32,620 nucleotides of DNA from a virus. Its lineage: Duplodnaviria; Heunggongvirae; Uroviricota; Caudoviricetes. The position numbers and the translations under genes were made by a program. Numbering within the stretch: the stretch's first letter is position 1; each line of letters starts with the position of its first letter. Positions 18,276 through 27,035 of the stretch are shown piece by piece. The notes below the pieces were generated by a model, which was not told the DNA's origin, ran no database searches, and was given only the letters and a program-made list of their open reading frames with translations. Location of the stretch: IMG/VR virus record IMGVR_UViG_2861048470_000001. The stretch is one strand, 5' to 3'.

Positions 18276-18619
18276 CAGCGCGTTATCTCGGAATGAATCG
18301 CAGTGATGGCCTGACGGTCACTGACCTCGAGCATATCAGCCAGAGTATCGGCGATATCCTGCGCACACCAGTCGGCTCACGGGTGATGCGTCGTGATTAC
18401 GGCTCGTTGCTGGCGTCAATGATTGACCAGCCGCAGACCCCGGCGCTTGAGTTGCAGATTAAGGTCGCCTGTTACATGGCGGTGCTGAAATGGGAACCCC
18501 GCGTCACCCTGTCATCCGTCACCACTGAGCGCAGTTTTGACGGGCGAATGACGGTCACGTTAACCGGCCAGCACAACGACACCGGCCAGCCACTTTCGTT
18601 AACCATCCCTGTGAGTTGA
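18272..18619 (+). CDS. W: Baseplate protein W
   Basis: 115 aa; overlaps the V stop; P2 gpW position. Confidence 0.85.
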   Translation: MTARYLGMNRSDGLTVTDLEHISQSIGDILRTPVGSRVMRRDYGSLLASMIDQPQTPALELQIKVACYMAVLKWEPRVTLSSVTTERSFDGRMTVTLTGQHNDTGQPLSLTIPVS

Positions 18620-18623
18620 AACC

Positions 18624-19532
18624 ATGCCGATTATCGACCTGAACCAGCTACCCGCACCGGATGTGGTCGAGGAGCTGGACTTTGAAAGCATTCTCGCTGA
18701 ACGCAAGGCGACACTGATTTCCCTTTACCCGGAAGATCAGCAGGAGGCGGTCGCCCGTACCCTGACGCTGGAATCCGAGCCTCTCGTCAAACTGCTGGAG
18801 GAAAATGCGTATCGCGAGCTTATCTGGCGTCAGCGTGTGAATGAGGCTGCACGGGCGGTGATGCTGGCCTGGGCAGCCGGTAATGACCTTGATGTGATTG
18901 GTGCCAATTACAACACCACGCGCCTGACTATCACCCCGGCAGATGATTCGACTATCCCGCCGACACCGGCAGTGATGGAGTCTGACACCGATTATCGTCT
19001 GCGTATTCAGCAGGCGTTTGAAGGCTTAAGCGTCGCCGGGTCGGTGGGAGCCTATCAGTATCATGGTCGCAGTGCCGACGGGCGTGTCGCGGATATCTCT
19101 GTCACCAGTCCGTCTCCGGCCTGTGTCACCATCTCTGTGCTGTCACGTGAAAATAACGGTGTGGCATCTGAAGACCTGCTGGCTGTGGTGCGCAACGCCC
19201 TGAATGGCGAGGACGTCAGACCGGTGGCCGACCGTGTGACCGTGCAGTCTGCCGCCATCGTTGAATACCAGATAAATGCCACGCTTTACCTTTACCCTGG
19301 CCCCGAAAGCGAACCCATTCGCGCTGCCGCCGTGAAAAAACTGGAAGCGTACATCACGGCACAGCACCGGCTGGGGCGCGACATCCGTCTGTCTGCCATT
19401 TATGCCGCCTTGCATGTGGAAGGCGTGCAGCGTGTCGAACTGGCTGCACCACTGGCCGACATCGTGCTCAACAGTACGCAGGCGTCTTTCTGCACCGAAT
19501 ACCGCGTCGTGACCGGAGGCTCGGATGAGTGA
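18624..19532 (+). CDS. J: Baseplate protein J
   Basis: 302 aa; P2 gpJ position. Confidence 0.9.
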   Translation: MPIIDLNQLPAPDVVEELDFESILAERKATLISLYPEDQQEAVARTLTLESEPLVKLLEENAYRELIWRQRVNEAARAVMLAWAAGNDLDVIGANYNTTRLTITPADDSTIPPTPAVMESDTDYRLRIQQAFEGLSVAGSVGAYQYHGRSADGRVADISVTSPSPACVTISVLSRENNGVASEDLLAVVRNALNGEDVRPVADRVTVQSAAIVEYQINATLYLYPGPESEPIRAAAVKKLEAYITAQHRLGRDIRLSAIYAALHVEGVQRVELAAPLADIVLNSTQASFCTEYRVVTGGSDE

Positions 19533-20055
19533 TTCGCGCCTGCTGCCGACCGGCTCATCACCGCTTGAAGTCGCTGCCGCGAAAGCCTGTGCGGAAATTG
19601 AAAAAACGCCGGTCAGTATTCGTGAGCTGTGGAACCCGGACACCTGCCCGCCAAATCTGCTGCCGTGGCTGGCGTGGGCGTTTTCGGTCGACAGGTGGGA
19701 TGAAAAGTGGCCGGAAGCGACAAAACGCGCCGTTATCCGCGATGCCTATTTCATCCACTGTCATAAGGGCACGATAGGTGCAATCCGACGTGTGGTGGAG
19801 CCGCTCGGCTATCTCATCAACGTGACGGAGTGGTGGGAAAACAGTGACCCGCCCGGCACCTTCCGGCTCGATATTGGTGTACTGGAAAGCGGTATCACAG
19901 AGGCAATGTATCAGGAAATGGAACGGCTGATTGCTGATGCCAAACCTGCAAGCCGTCACCTTATTGGTCTGAACATTACCCGGGACATTCCCGGCTATCT
20001 GTTCGCCGGTGGTGTGGCTTACGACGGCGATGTAATTACGGTTTACCCCGGATAA
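19525..20055 (+). CDS. I: Tail/baseplate protein I
   Basis: 176 aa; P2 gpI position. Confidence 0.85.
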   Translation: MSDSRLLPTGSSPLEVAAAKACAEIEKTPVSIRELWNPDTCPPNLLPWLAWAFSVDRWDEKWPEATKRAVIRDAYFIHCHKGTIGAIRRVVEPLGYLINVTEWWENSDPPGTFRLDIGVLESGITEAMYQEMERLIADAKPASRHLIGLNITRDIPGYLFAGGVAYDGDVITVYPG

Positions 20056-20065
20056 GTGAGGAATA

Positions 20066-22315
20066 ATGAGCACAAAATTCAAAACCGTTATCACTACTGC
20101 CGGTGCAGCAAAGCTGGCAGCGGCAACCGCGCCGGGAGGGCGGAAGGTCAACATTACCACGATGGCCGTCGGGGATGGCGGTGGTAAATTGCCTGTCCCG
20201 GATGCCGGACAGACCGGGCTTATCCACGAAGTCTGGCGACATGCGCTGAACAAAATCAGTCAGGACAAACGAAACAGTAATTATATTATCGCAGAGCTGG
20301 TTATTCCGCCGGAGGTGGGCGGTTTCTGGATGCGTGAGCTTGGCCTGTACGATGATGCTGGAACGTTAATTGCCGTGGCGAACATGGCCGAAAGTTATAA
20401 GCCAGCCCTTGCCGAAGGCTCAGGGCGTTCGCAGACCTGCCGCATGGTCATCATCGTCAGCAGTGTGGCCTCAGTGGAGCTGACCATTGACACCACAACG
20501 GTGATGGCAACGCAGGATTACGTTGATGACAAAATTGCAGAACATGAACAGTCACGACGTCACCCTGACGCCTCGCTGACCGCAAAAGGTTTTACTCAGT
20601 TAAGCAGTGCGACCAACAGCACGTCTGAAACACTGGCTGCAACGCCAAAGGCGGTTAAGGCCGCATATGACCTTGCTAACGGGAAATATACCGCACAGGA
20701 CGCTACCACCGCGCGAAAAGGCCTTGTTCAGCTCAGTAGTGCGACTAACAGCACGTCTGAAACGCTCGCCGCAACGCCGAAAGCGGTAAAGGCAGCATAT
20801 GACCTTGCTAACGGGAAATACACTGCACAGGATGCCACAACAGCGCGAAAAGGCCTTGTTCAGCTCAGTAGCGCCACCAACAGCGATTCTGAAACGCTTG
20901 CGGCAACGCCAAAGGCGGTTAAGACAGCATATGACCTTGCTAACGGGAAATACACTGCACAGGATGCCACCACGGCGCGAAAAGGTCTTGTCCAGCTCAG
21001 TAGCGCCACCAACAGTGATTCTGAAACGCAGGCTGCAACGCCAAAGGCGGTGAAGTCTGCCTATGACAATGCTGAAAAACGTCTTCAGAAAGATCAGAAC
21101 GGTGCGGATATCCCTGATAAAGAACGCTTCCTGAGTAACATTAATGTTTACAGCAAAGGTGAAGTGGATAAGAAAAAGGGAATGCGAAAGTATTCGTTTG
21201 CAGCCCCTGCAAATGTCGTTGCCGGGAAGTGGTACCCCGTTATCTTTCGCCGTGCTGCCAGCCTTTCAGGAGAAATGGCATCCCGCGTTGTTATTTCCAC
21301 TGGTTGTTATAACGGCGATTATGTAATGAATAACTGCGAGTTTAATGGCATGGTTATGCCCGGAGGCTGGACTGATCGTGGTTCATATGCGGCAGGTTAT
21401 TTCTGGACGTATCAGACTAATGAGCGTTCAATCCATTCCATTGTTACAAGCCTGAAAGATGATGATGTATGTAGTGTTTTTTATGTTGAAGCCAGAGCTT
21501 TCCCTGTACAAATTCTTGCAGAGGAAGGGCTAACGGTTATTGTTCCGACAGAGGATTATGTCGTCGGTCAAACGACATATAAGTGGGGGGCAACTAATCC
21601 CGCTACAGAAAGCACGAACGCACAGGCTATTCTGGATTTTAAAAATGGACGTGGTTATTACTGTTCACATCCATTTATTTCCAGCCTTTCAGGAAATGCT
21701 GCAACAGCAACGAAGTTAGCGAACGCAAGAAATATTAATGGTGTCAGATTTGATGGCTCTGCCGATATAAATATTAATACACTGGTATCCAGAAACCGTG
21801 TTAATGCATTAGGTGGGAGCGTAAAGGGGACACCAGGTATTCAGATGTATGAGGCATACAACAATGGCTACCCAACAGCCTATGGTAATGTGCTTCATCT
21901 CACTGGCGTAACCGCAGTAGGAGAGGGTGAGTTACTTATTGGCTGGAGTGGAACCAGCGGTGCTCATGCTCCGGCATATATTCGTTCCCGACGAGATACC
22001 ACAGATGCTAACTGGTCTGGATGGGCGCAACTATATACAACTGCTCATAAACCCTCAGCGGGAGATGTTGGTGCATACACCAAAACTGAGTCAGATTCAC
22101 GTTATGTGAGAGACATGCGGCTGGGCGGTGCATCTACATATAAACCAGCAAATAATGGTACTACATGGACGCATCAGGCTCCGTCAGGTTGCGTATATAC
22201 CGGCATTATTGTTCAGGATACCGGCTCAAACTCTGCCGATAACATTGGTGGCGTATATTACAGACCGGTGCAGAAATACATTAACGGGACATGGTATAAC
22301 GTGGCGCAGGTATAA
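20066..22315 (+). CDS. H: Tail fibre protein H
   Basis: 749 aa; conserved N-terminus; internal tandem phage-fibre repeats; divergent, AT-richer C-terminal region. Confidence 0.9.
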   Translation: MSTKFKTVITTAGAAKLAAATAPGGRKVNITTMAVGDGGGKLPVPDAGQTGLIHEVWRHALNKISQDKRNSNYIIAELVIPPEVGGFWMRELGLYDDAGTLIAVANMAESYKPALAEGSGRSQTCRMVIIVSSVASVELTIDTTTVMATQDYVDDKIAEHEQSRRHPDASLTAKGFTQLSSATNSTSETLAATPKAVKAAYDLANGKYTAQDATTARKGLVQLSSATNSTSETLAATPKAVKAAYDLANGKYTAQDATTARKGLVQLSSATNSDSETLAATPKAVKTAYDLANGKYTAQDATTARKGLVQLSSATNSDSETQAATPKAVKSAYDNAEKRLQKDQNGADIPDKERFLSNINVYSKGEVDKKKGMRKYSFAAPANVVAGKWYPVIFRRAASLSGEMASRVVISTGCYNGDYVMNNCEFNGMVMPGGWTDRGSYAAGYFWTYQTNERSIHSIVTSLKDDDVCSVFYVEARAFPVQILAEEGLTVIVPTEDYVVGQTTYKWGATNPATESTNAQAILDFKNGRGYYCSHPFISSLSGNAATATKLANARNINGVRFDGSADININTLVSRNRVNALGGSVKGTPGIQMYEAYNNGYPTAYGNVLHLTGVTAVGEGELLIGWSGTSGAHAPAYIRSRRDTTDANWSGWAQLYTTAHKPSAGDVGAYTKTESDSRYVRDMRLGGASTYKPANNGTTWTHQAPSGCVYTGIIVQDTGSNSADNIGGVYYRPVQKYINGTWYNVAQV
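20585..21076 (+). repeat. Four tandem copies of a 132-bp (44-aa) repeat inside H
   Basis: Units start at 20585, 20717, 20849 and 20981, each encoding KG(L/F)(V/T)QLSSATNS(T/D)SETLAATPKAVKAAYDLANGKYTAQDATTAR; the fourth is truncated and divergent. Copies differ at synonymous sites. Confidence 0.85.
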
Positions 22316-22318
22316 TTT

Positions 22319-22846
22319 ATGCAGCATTTAAAAAATATTACGGCGGGTAATCCAAAAACGGTTGAACAATATCAATTGACAAAGGACTTTGATGTTGTCT
22401 GGTTTTTTTCAGAAGATGGTAAGAACTGGTACGAAGAACAAAAGTATTTTGCTGATGACACGATAAAAATAGCGTACGACAAAGATAATATCATCCACTA
22501 TGTGGAAAAGGATGTGACAGCTATCAGACCGGATGGATTAAGTGTTGTTGAAGTGGCGGATATTACTGCTAACCGACGGGCGGACATTTCAGGGAACTGG
22601 ATGTTTAAGGACGGCAAAGTGATTAAACGCATTTATACGGCAGAGGAATTACAGCAGCAGGCAGAAATTCGGAAAGCCAGACTTCTTGCAGATGCTGAAT
22701 CCGTGATTTTGCCGCTGGAGCGCGCGGTCAGACTGAACATGGCAACAGATGAGGAGCGTAGCCGACTGGAATCATGGGAACGCTACAGCGTTCTGATCAG
22801 TCGTGTGGATCCTGCAAATCCTGAATGGCCGGAAATGCCGCAATAA
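22319..22846 (+). CDS. G: Tail fibre assembly chaperone G
   Basis: 175 aa (MQHLKNI...[11 protein letters not shown]); conserved Tfa C-terminus. Confidence 0.85.
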   Translation: MQHLKNITAGNPKTVEQYQLTKDFDVVWFFSEDGKNWYEEQKYFADDTIKIAYDKDNIIHYVEKDVTAIRPDGLSVVEVADITANRRADISGNWMFKDGKVIKRIYTAEELQQQAEIRKARLLADAESVILPLERAVRLNMATDEERSRLESWERYSVLISRVDPANPEWPEMPQ

Positions 22847-22907
22847 GTTGTATGAACTCTTGTGTGAGCTTACATACCTATAGAACAGAGTAAAGCCTAA
22901 TCTGACA

Positions 22908-22931
22908 GTCCGCTCTGTGCCAGGAGCGGAC
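22908..22931. repeat. Hairpin at the left edge of the Z/fun-locus cargo
   Basis: GTCCGCTC (22908-22915) / GAGCGGAC (22924-22931) with an 8-nt loop and no T-run; overlaps the motifs AATCTGACAGTC and AGTCCGCTCT that recur on the far side of the cargo gene. Confidence 0.5.
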
Positions 22932-23185
22932 ATAACGACACGTTAGTTAGAAATCTCAAGACCAATTAGGTTGGATACTTACATGTATACTATTGCCTAA
23001 CGATACTACCCTATCAACCTCATGGTTTATAGGCGGGGGTGAGAGCCAATCGAACGCTATCGTACGTTTTTATGCTGTCTACCCTAGACCCCAAGTAGAC
23101 ATGAATCTTACCTGATTTCCATACGAGGGCGACGTTGATCATCCAGCTTTAGTGCGAGCACTGAACTTAACATTTACCAGCAATA

Positions 23186-24232
23186 GTGATATTTTCTACA
23201 AAGAAAAATATATGGAATAACGTCATCGCGGGTACAAAAATGACTATAAAAAAAACATATGTAACACCAACAGAAATAGTGAAATATTTTTATGACAAAC
23301 CGGAAAACGATAACGTAAAAGAGAGAAAAACAATTGAGAGCCTGACCCGTCTCAAACCTGAGTGGGAAAATACTCTCGATATGATGAAGTTAATACGCAA
23401 TTGTGAAAAGCTAGCAACTGAAGGTATTTTAATGGAATTATCTTCAGGACATACTCTTTTGGACCGTTGCTATTTCGCACCGAATTTCAATGAATCAGAT
23501 GCGAAATATGGAAAGTATGATTTTATAGCTGATGGATTTGAGTCAATCATAGACCGCCTTAGTCCTTCCGTTTTACCTGTTGTTGTTGAAAAAAGTGATG
23601 GTTCACATGATCTTGGTACTAGTTTTATTGTTGGGAATAACCACACGATATTTACAGCCAGACATGTTATTGAAGACATGAAGAGTATCAGGATACTTAG
23701 AGCTGGTGGTGAGGCTTTACCAATACATAAAATCTTTGTATCTAACGATGAACGTATTGATATCGCTTTAGTTTTCACAACCATTCCGAATGAAGATAAT
23801 ATTCAACCACTTAAGGTCTCAACCAAAGCCTCGGTACTGGATGAAATTTTATCAATAGGATTTCCACCCATTCCAGGATTTGATGCATTAAAGTTATATG
23901 ACGTTTCGCATATAAATTCGTTTGTCCGACTGTCAAAGGGGCGAATTGTTGGTTCTGGTCACTCTTACTTAGATTCACAAGACTTTTTATTATTCAATGC
24001 TAGGGTTAAGGGGGGGAATAGCGGTGGCCCTATAATTAACAAATACGGCTTTGTTGTTGGTATGCTTGTACAAATACCAATATCATCTGAGGACAGTTCA
24101 AAGATTGATAACCTTGGATATGGTATAGCTGTAACAGGAAAAAGCCTGCTGGATGCCATTACATTTACAGAAAATGGCCGCGAATTAACACTCACCGACC
24201 GAGGAAATGGAGAATATTCAACTCTAGCATAA
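23186..24232 (+). CDS. Trypsin-fold (S1-like) serine protease with an N-terminal domain of unknown function; accessory gene at the Z/fun locus
   Basis: ORF with a His-Asp-Ser triad in chymotrypsin order and spacing: TARHV (His), DIALV (Asp), GGNSGGP (Ser). AT-rich. Start is either GTG at 23186 or ATG at 23240. Confidence 0.7.
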   Translation: MIFSTKKNIWNNVIAGTKMTIKKTYVTPTEIVKYFYDKPENDNVKERKTIESLTRLKPEWENTLDMMKLIRNCEKLATEGILMELSSGHTLLDRCYFAPNFNESDAKYGKYDFIADGFESIIDRLSPSVLPVVVEKSDGSHDLGTSFIVGNNHTIFTARHVIEDMKSIRILRAGGEALPIHKIFVSNDERIDIALVFTTIPNEDNIQPLKVSTKASVLDEILSIGFPPIPGFDALKLYDVSHINSFVRLSKGRIVGSGHSYLDSQDFLLFNARVKGGNSGGPIINKYGFVVGMLVQIPISSEDSSKIDNLGYGIAVTGKSLLDAITFTENGRELTLTDRGNGEYSTLA

Positions 24233-24829
24233 ATGATATTATTAATTAAGTTGTACTAACTCAGTTTAAATGAATCAAGCATCCCCGTAACTTTGCCTGA
24301 AAAGGCTCATCGAGGGATGCACATTGTACGGATGTGTGAAAACTAAATCGGCTTTGTCACTTGGATTCGAGGGGAAAACTGAACTGAAAGCGATAAAAAC
24401 GTCTAAAAAATCGTTTCGCAGACAGATGCACCCGATTCAAGCCATTTTGAGGAAGGCTTTCTGCCTTTTATATTTATATTAATCATAAGCTTATTCCATT
24501 GGTGTACGATATCGTGCTTTGCCCCTCATCTCCCAGATAACTAATTAGCCTTAAAATTACTCATGTGTTTCTGCCGGTTAAAATTATATGGTTTTCATTT
24601 ACAATAGTCTCAAGTCCGCTCTTCGCTCAAAGCAGACTGTCAGATTTGATAGCATTTGGGCTATGTAAATTGTCAGGCGGAAAATGAGTGAGTACAAATC
24701 AGGACAGGCGGGCGAATTGCCCGCATTTTCTTTATCTGTTGTTTCATCCCCTGACCAGCCAGGTCAAATAGCGTCTCATGCACTGCCCAACAGAAAATAG
24801 TTGCACCCATTAACCACGGAGTTAAACGG

Positions 24830-26020
24830 ATGAGTGACTATCATCACGGCGTGCAGGTGCTGGAGATTAACGACGGCACCCGCGTCATTTCCACTGTATC
24901 CACTGCCATTGTCGGCATGGTCTGCACGGCCAGCGATGCGGATGCGGAAACCTTCCCCCTCAATAAACCTGTGCTGATTACCAATGTGCAGAGCGCAATT
25001 GCAAAGGCCGGTAAAAAAGGCACGCTGGCGGCATCGTTGCAGGCCATCGCTGACCAGTCAAAACCGGTCACCGTTGTCGTGCGCGTGGAAGACGGCACCG
25101 GCGACGACGAAGAAACGAAACTTGCGCAGACCGTTTCCAATATCATCGGCACCACCGACGAAAACGGTCAGTACACCGGACTGAAAGCCCTGCTGGCGGC
25201 GGAGTCAGTAACCGGTGTTAAACCGCGTATTCTCGGCGTGCCGGGACTGGACACCAAAGAGGTGGCTGTTGCACTGGCATCAGTCTGTCAGAAGCTGCGC
25301 GCTTTCGGGTATATCAGCGCATGGGGCTGTAAAACCATTTCCGAGGTGAAAGCCTACCGCCAGAATTTCAGCCAGCGTGAGCTGATGGTCATCTGGCCGG
25401 ATTTCCTCGCATGGGATACGGTCAGCAGCACCACCGCCACCGCGTATGCCACCGCCCGTGCGCTGGGGCTGCGTGCTAAAATCGACCAGGAGCAGGGCTG
25501 GCATAAAACGTTGTCCAACGTCGGGGTAAATGGTGTTACCGGCATCAGCGCATCTGTATTCTGGGATTTGCAGGAGTTCGGCACCGATGCTGACCTGCTT
25601 AACGAGTCAGGCGTCACTACGCTGATTCGCCGCGACGGTTTCCGCTTCTGGGGTAACCGTACCTGCTCTGATGACCCGCTGTTCCTCTTTGAAAACTATA
25701 CCCGCACCGCGCAGGTGCTGGCCGACACGATGGCTGAGGCGCACATGTGGGCGGTGGACAAGCCCATCACCGCAACGCTGATTCGCGACATCGTTGACGG
25801 CATCAATGCCAAATTTCGTGAGCTGAAAACAAACGGCTATATCGTGGATGCGACCTGCTGGTTCAGCGAAGAATCCAACGATGCGGAAACCCTCAAGGCC
25901 GGAAAACTGTATATCGACTATGACTATACCCCGGTGCCTCCTCTTGAAAACCTGACCCTGCGCCAGCGTATTACCGATAAATACCTGGCAAATCTGGTCA
26001 CTTCGGTTAACAGCAATTAA
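24830..26020 (+). CDS. FI: Contractile tail sheath protein FI
   Basis: 396 aa; P2 gpFI size and position. Confidence 0.9.
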   Translation: MSDYHHGVQVLEINDGTRVISTVSTAIVGMVCTASDADAETFPLNKPVLITNVQSAIAKAGKKGTLAASLQAIADQSKPVTVVVRVEDGTGDDEETKLAQTVSNIIGTTDENGQYTGLKALLAAESVTGVKPRILGVPGLDTKEVAVALASVCQKLRAFGYISAWGCKTISEVKAYRQNFSQRELMVIWPDFLAWDTVSSTTATAYATARALGLRAKIDQEQGWHKTLSNVGVNGVTGISASVFWDLQEFGTDADLLNESGVTTLIRRDGFRFWGNRTCSDDPLFLFENYTRTAQVLADTMAEAHMWAVDKPITATLIRDIVDGINAKFRELKTNGYIVDATCWFSEESNDAETLKAGKLYIDYDYTPVPPLENLTLRQRITDKYLANLVTSVNSN

Positions 26021-26032
26021 GGAGCCTGACCG

Positions 26033-26551
26033 ATGGCAATGCCGCGCAAACTCAAGTTAATGAACGTCTTTCTGAACGGCTACAGCTATCAGGGCGTTGC
26101 AAAGTCCGTCACGCTGCCAAAACTGACCCGTAAGCTCGAAAACTATCGCGGTGCGGGGATGAACGGCAGCGCACCGGTAGACCTCGGCCTTGATGACGAT
26201 GCGCTGTCAATGGAGTGGTCGCTCGGTGGCTTCCCGGATTCGGTTATCTGGGAGCTTTACGCCGCAACCGGCGTGGATGCCGTCCCGATTCGTTTTGCAG
26301 GCTCTTACCAGCGTGACGATACCGGCGAAACGGTGGCCGTCGAGGTGGTCATGCGTGGACGTCAGAAAGAAATCGACACCGGCGAGGGTAAACAGGGAGA
26401 AGACACCGAGTCGAAAATCTCCGTGGTCTGCACCTATTTCCGGCTGACGATGGACGGTAAGGAGCTGGTCGAAATCGACACCATCAACATGATTGAGAAG
26501 GTGAACGGCGTCGACCGGCTGGAGCAACACCGCCGCAATATCGGCCTGTGA
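26033..26551 (+). CDS. FII: Tail tube protein FII
   Basis: 172 aa; P2 gpFII size and position. Confidence 0.9.
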   Translation: MAMPRKLKLMNVFLNGYSYQGVAKSVTLPKLTRKLENYRGAGMNGSAPVDLGLDDDALSMEWSLGGFPDSVIWELYAATGVDAVPIRFAGSYQRDDTGETVAVEVVMRGRQKEIDTGEGKQGEDTESKISVVCTYFRLTMDGKELVEIDTINMIEKVNGVDRLEQHRRNIGL

Positions 26552-26607
26552 TTTTCATCCGGTCAGCCTGGCTGACCGGTTAACCCCGATTCATAAGTGA
26601 GAAAACC

Positions 26608-26883
26608 ATGAACAAAGAAAATGTGATTACCCTGGACAATCCGGTCAAACGTGGTGAGCAGGTTATCGAACAGGTCACGCTGATGAAACCCAGTGCCGGG
26701 ACGCTGCGCGGTGTCAGTCTGGCAGCGGTCGCAAACTCCGAAGTCGATGCACTGATTAAGGTGTTGCCGCGCATGACGGCACCGATGCTGACCGAGCAGG
26801 AGGTCGCCGCGCTGGAACTGCCTGACCTTGTGGCGCTGGCCGGTAAGGTGGTCGGTTTTTTGTCGCCGAACTCGGTGCAGTGA
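26608..26883 (+). CDS. E: Tail assembly chaperone E
   Basis: 91-aa ORF ending ...VVGFLSPNSVQ; contains the slippery heptamer near its 3' end. Confidence 0.85.
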   Translation: MNKENVITLDNPVKRGEQVIEQVTLMKPSAGTLRGVSLAAVANSEVDALIKVLPRMTAPMLTEQEVAALELPDLVALAGKVVGFLSPNSVQ

Positions 26884-27035
26884 CGTTCCCGAAAAATCTA
26901 TCGGTCGATGACCTGATGGCGGATGTGGCAGTGATATTTCACTGGCCGCCATCAGAACTGTATCCCATGAGTCTGACCGAACTCATCACATGGCGCGAAA
27001 AGGCGCTCCGGCGAAGCGGAAACACGAATGAGTAA
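26608..27035 (+). CDS. E': E+E' fusion produced by programmed -1 ribosomal frameshift
   Basis: Slippery heptamer T-TTT-TTG at 26856-26862. The -1 frame is open from 26859 to the TAA at 27033-27035 and encodes ...FVAELGAVTFPKNLSVDDLMADVAVIFHWPPSELYPMSLTELITWREKALRRSGNTNE (translated by hand), overlapping the T start. Confidence 0.7.

Noticed and set aside
20607-21053. Two plus-strand ORFs (60 and 84 aa) in an alternate frame inside H
   Set aside because: They arise only because the 132-bp tandem repeat keeps an alternate frame open; their repetitive Arg/Leu/Thr-rich translations are out-of-frame readings of the fibre repeats.
20585-21076. Possible CRISPR array suggested by the regularly spaced repeats
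   Set aside because: The period is 132 bp with no unique spacers, the copies are diverged in-frame coding units inside H, and no cas genes are present; this is a protein-level tandem repeat.
24451-24470. Weak hairpin AAGGC-tttct-GCCTT followed by TTTTA as the protease gene's terminator
   Set aside because: The stem is only 5 bp and lies more than 200 bp after the stop codon; too weak to call as a feature, so it is mentioned only within the long non-coding region finding.
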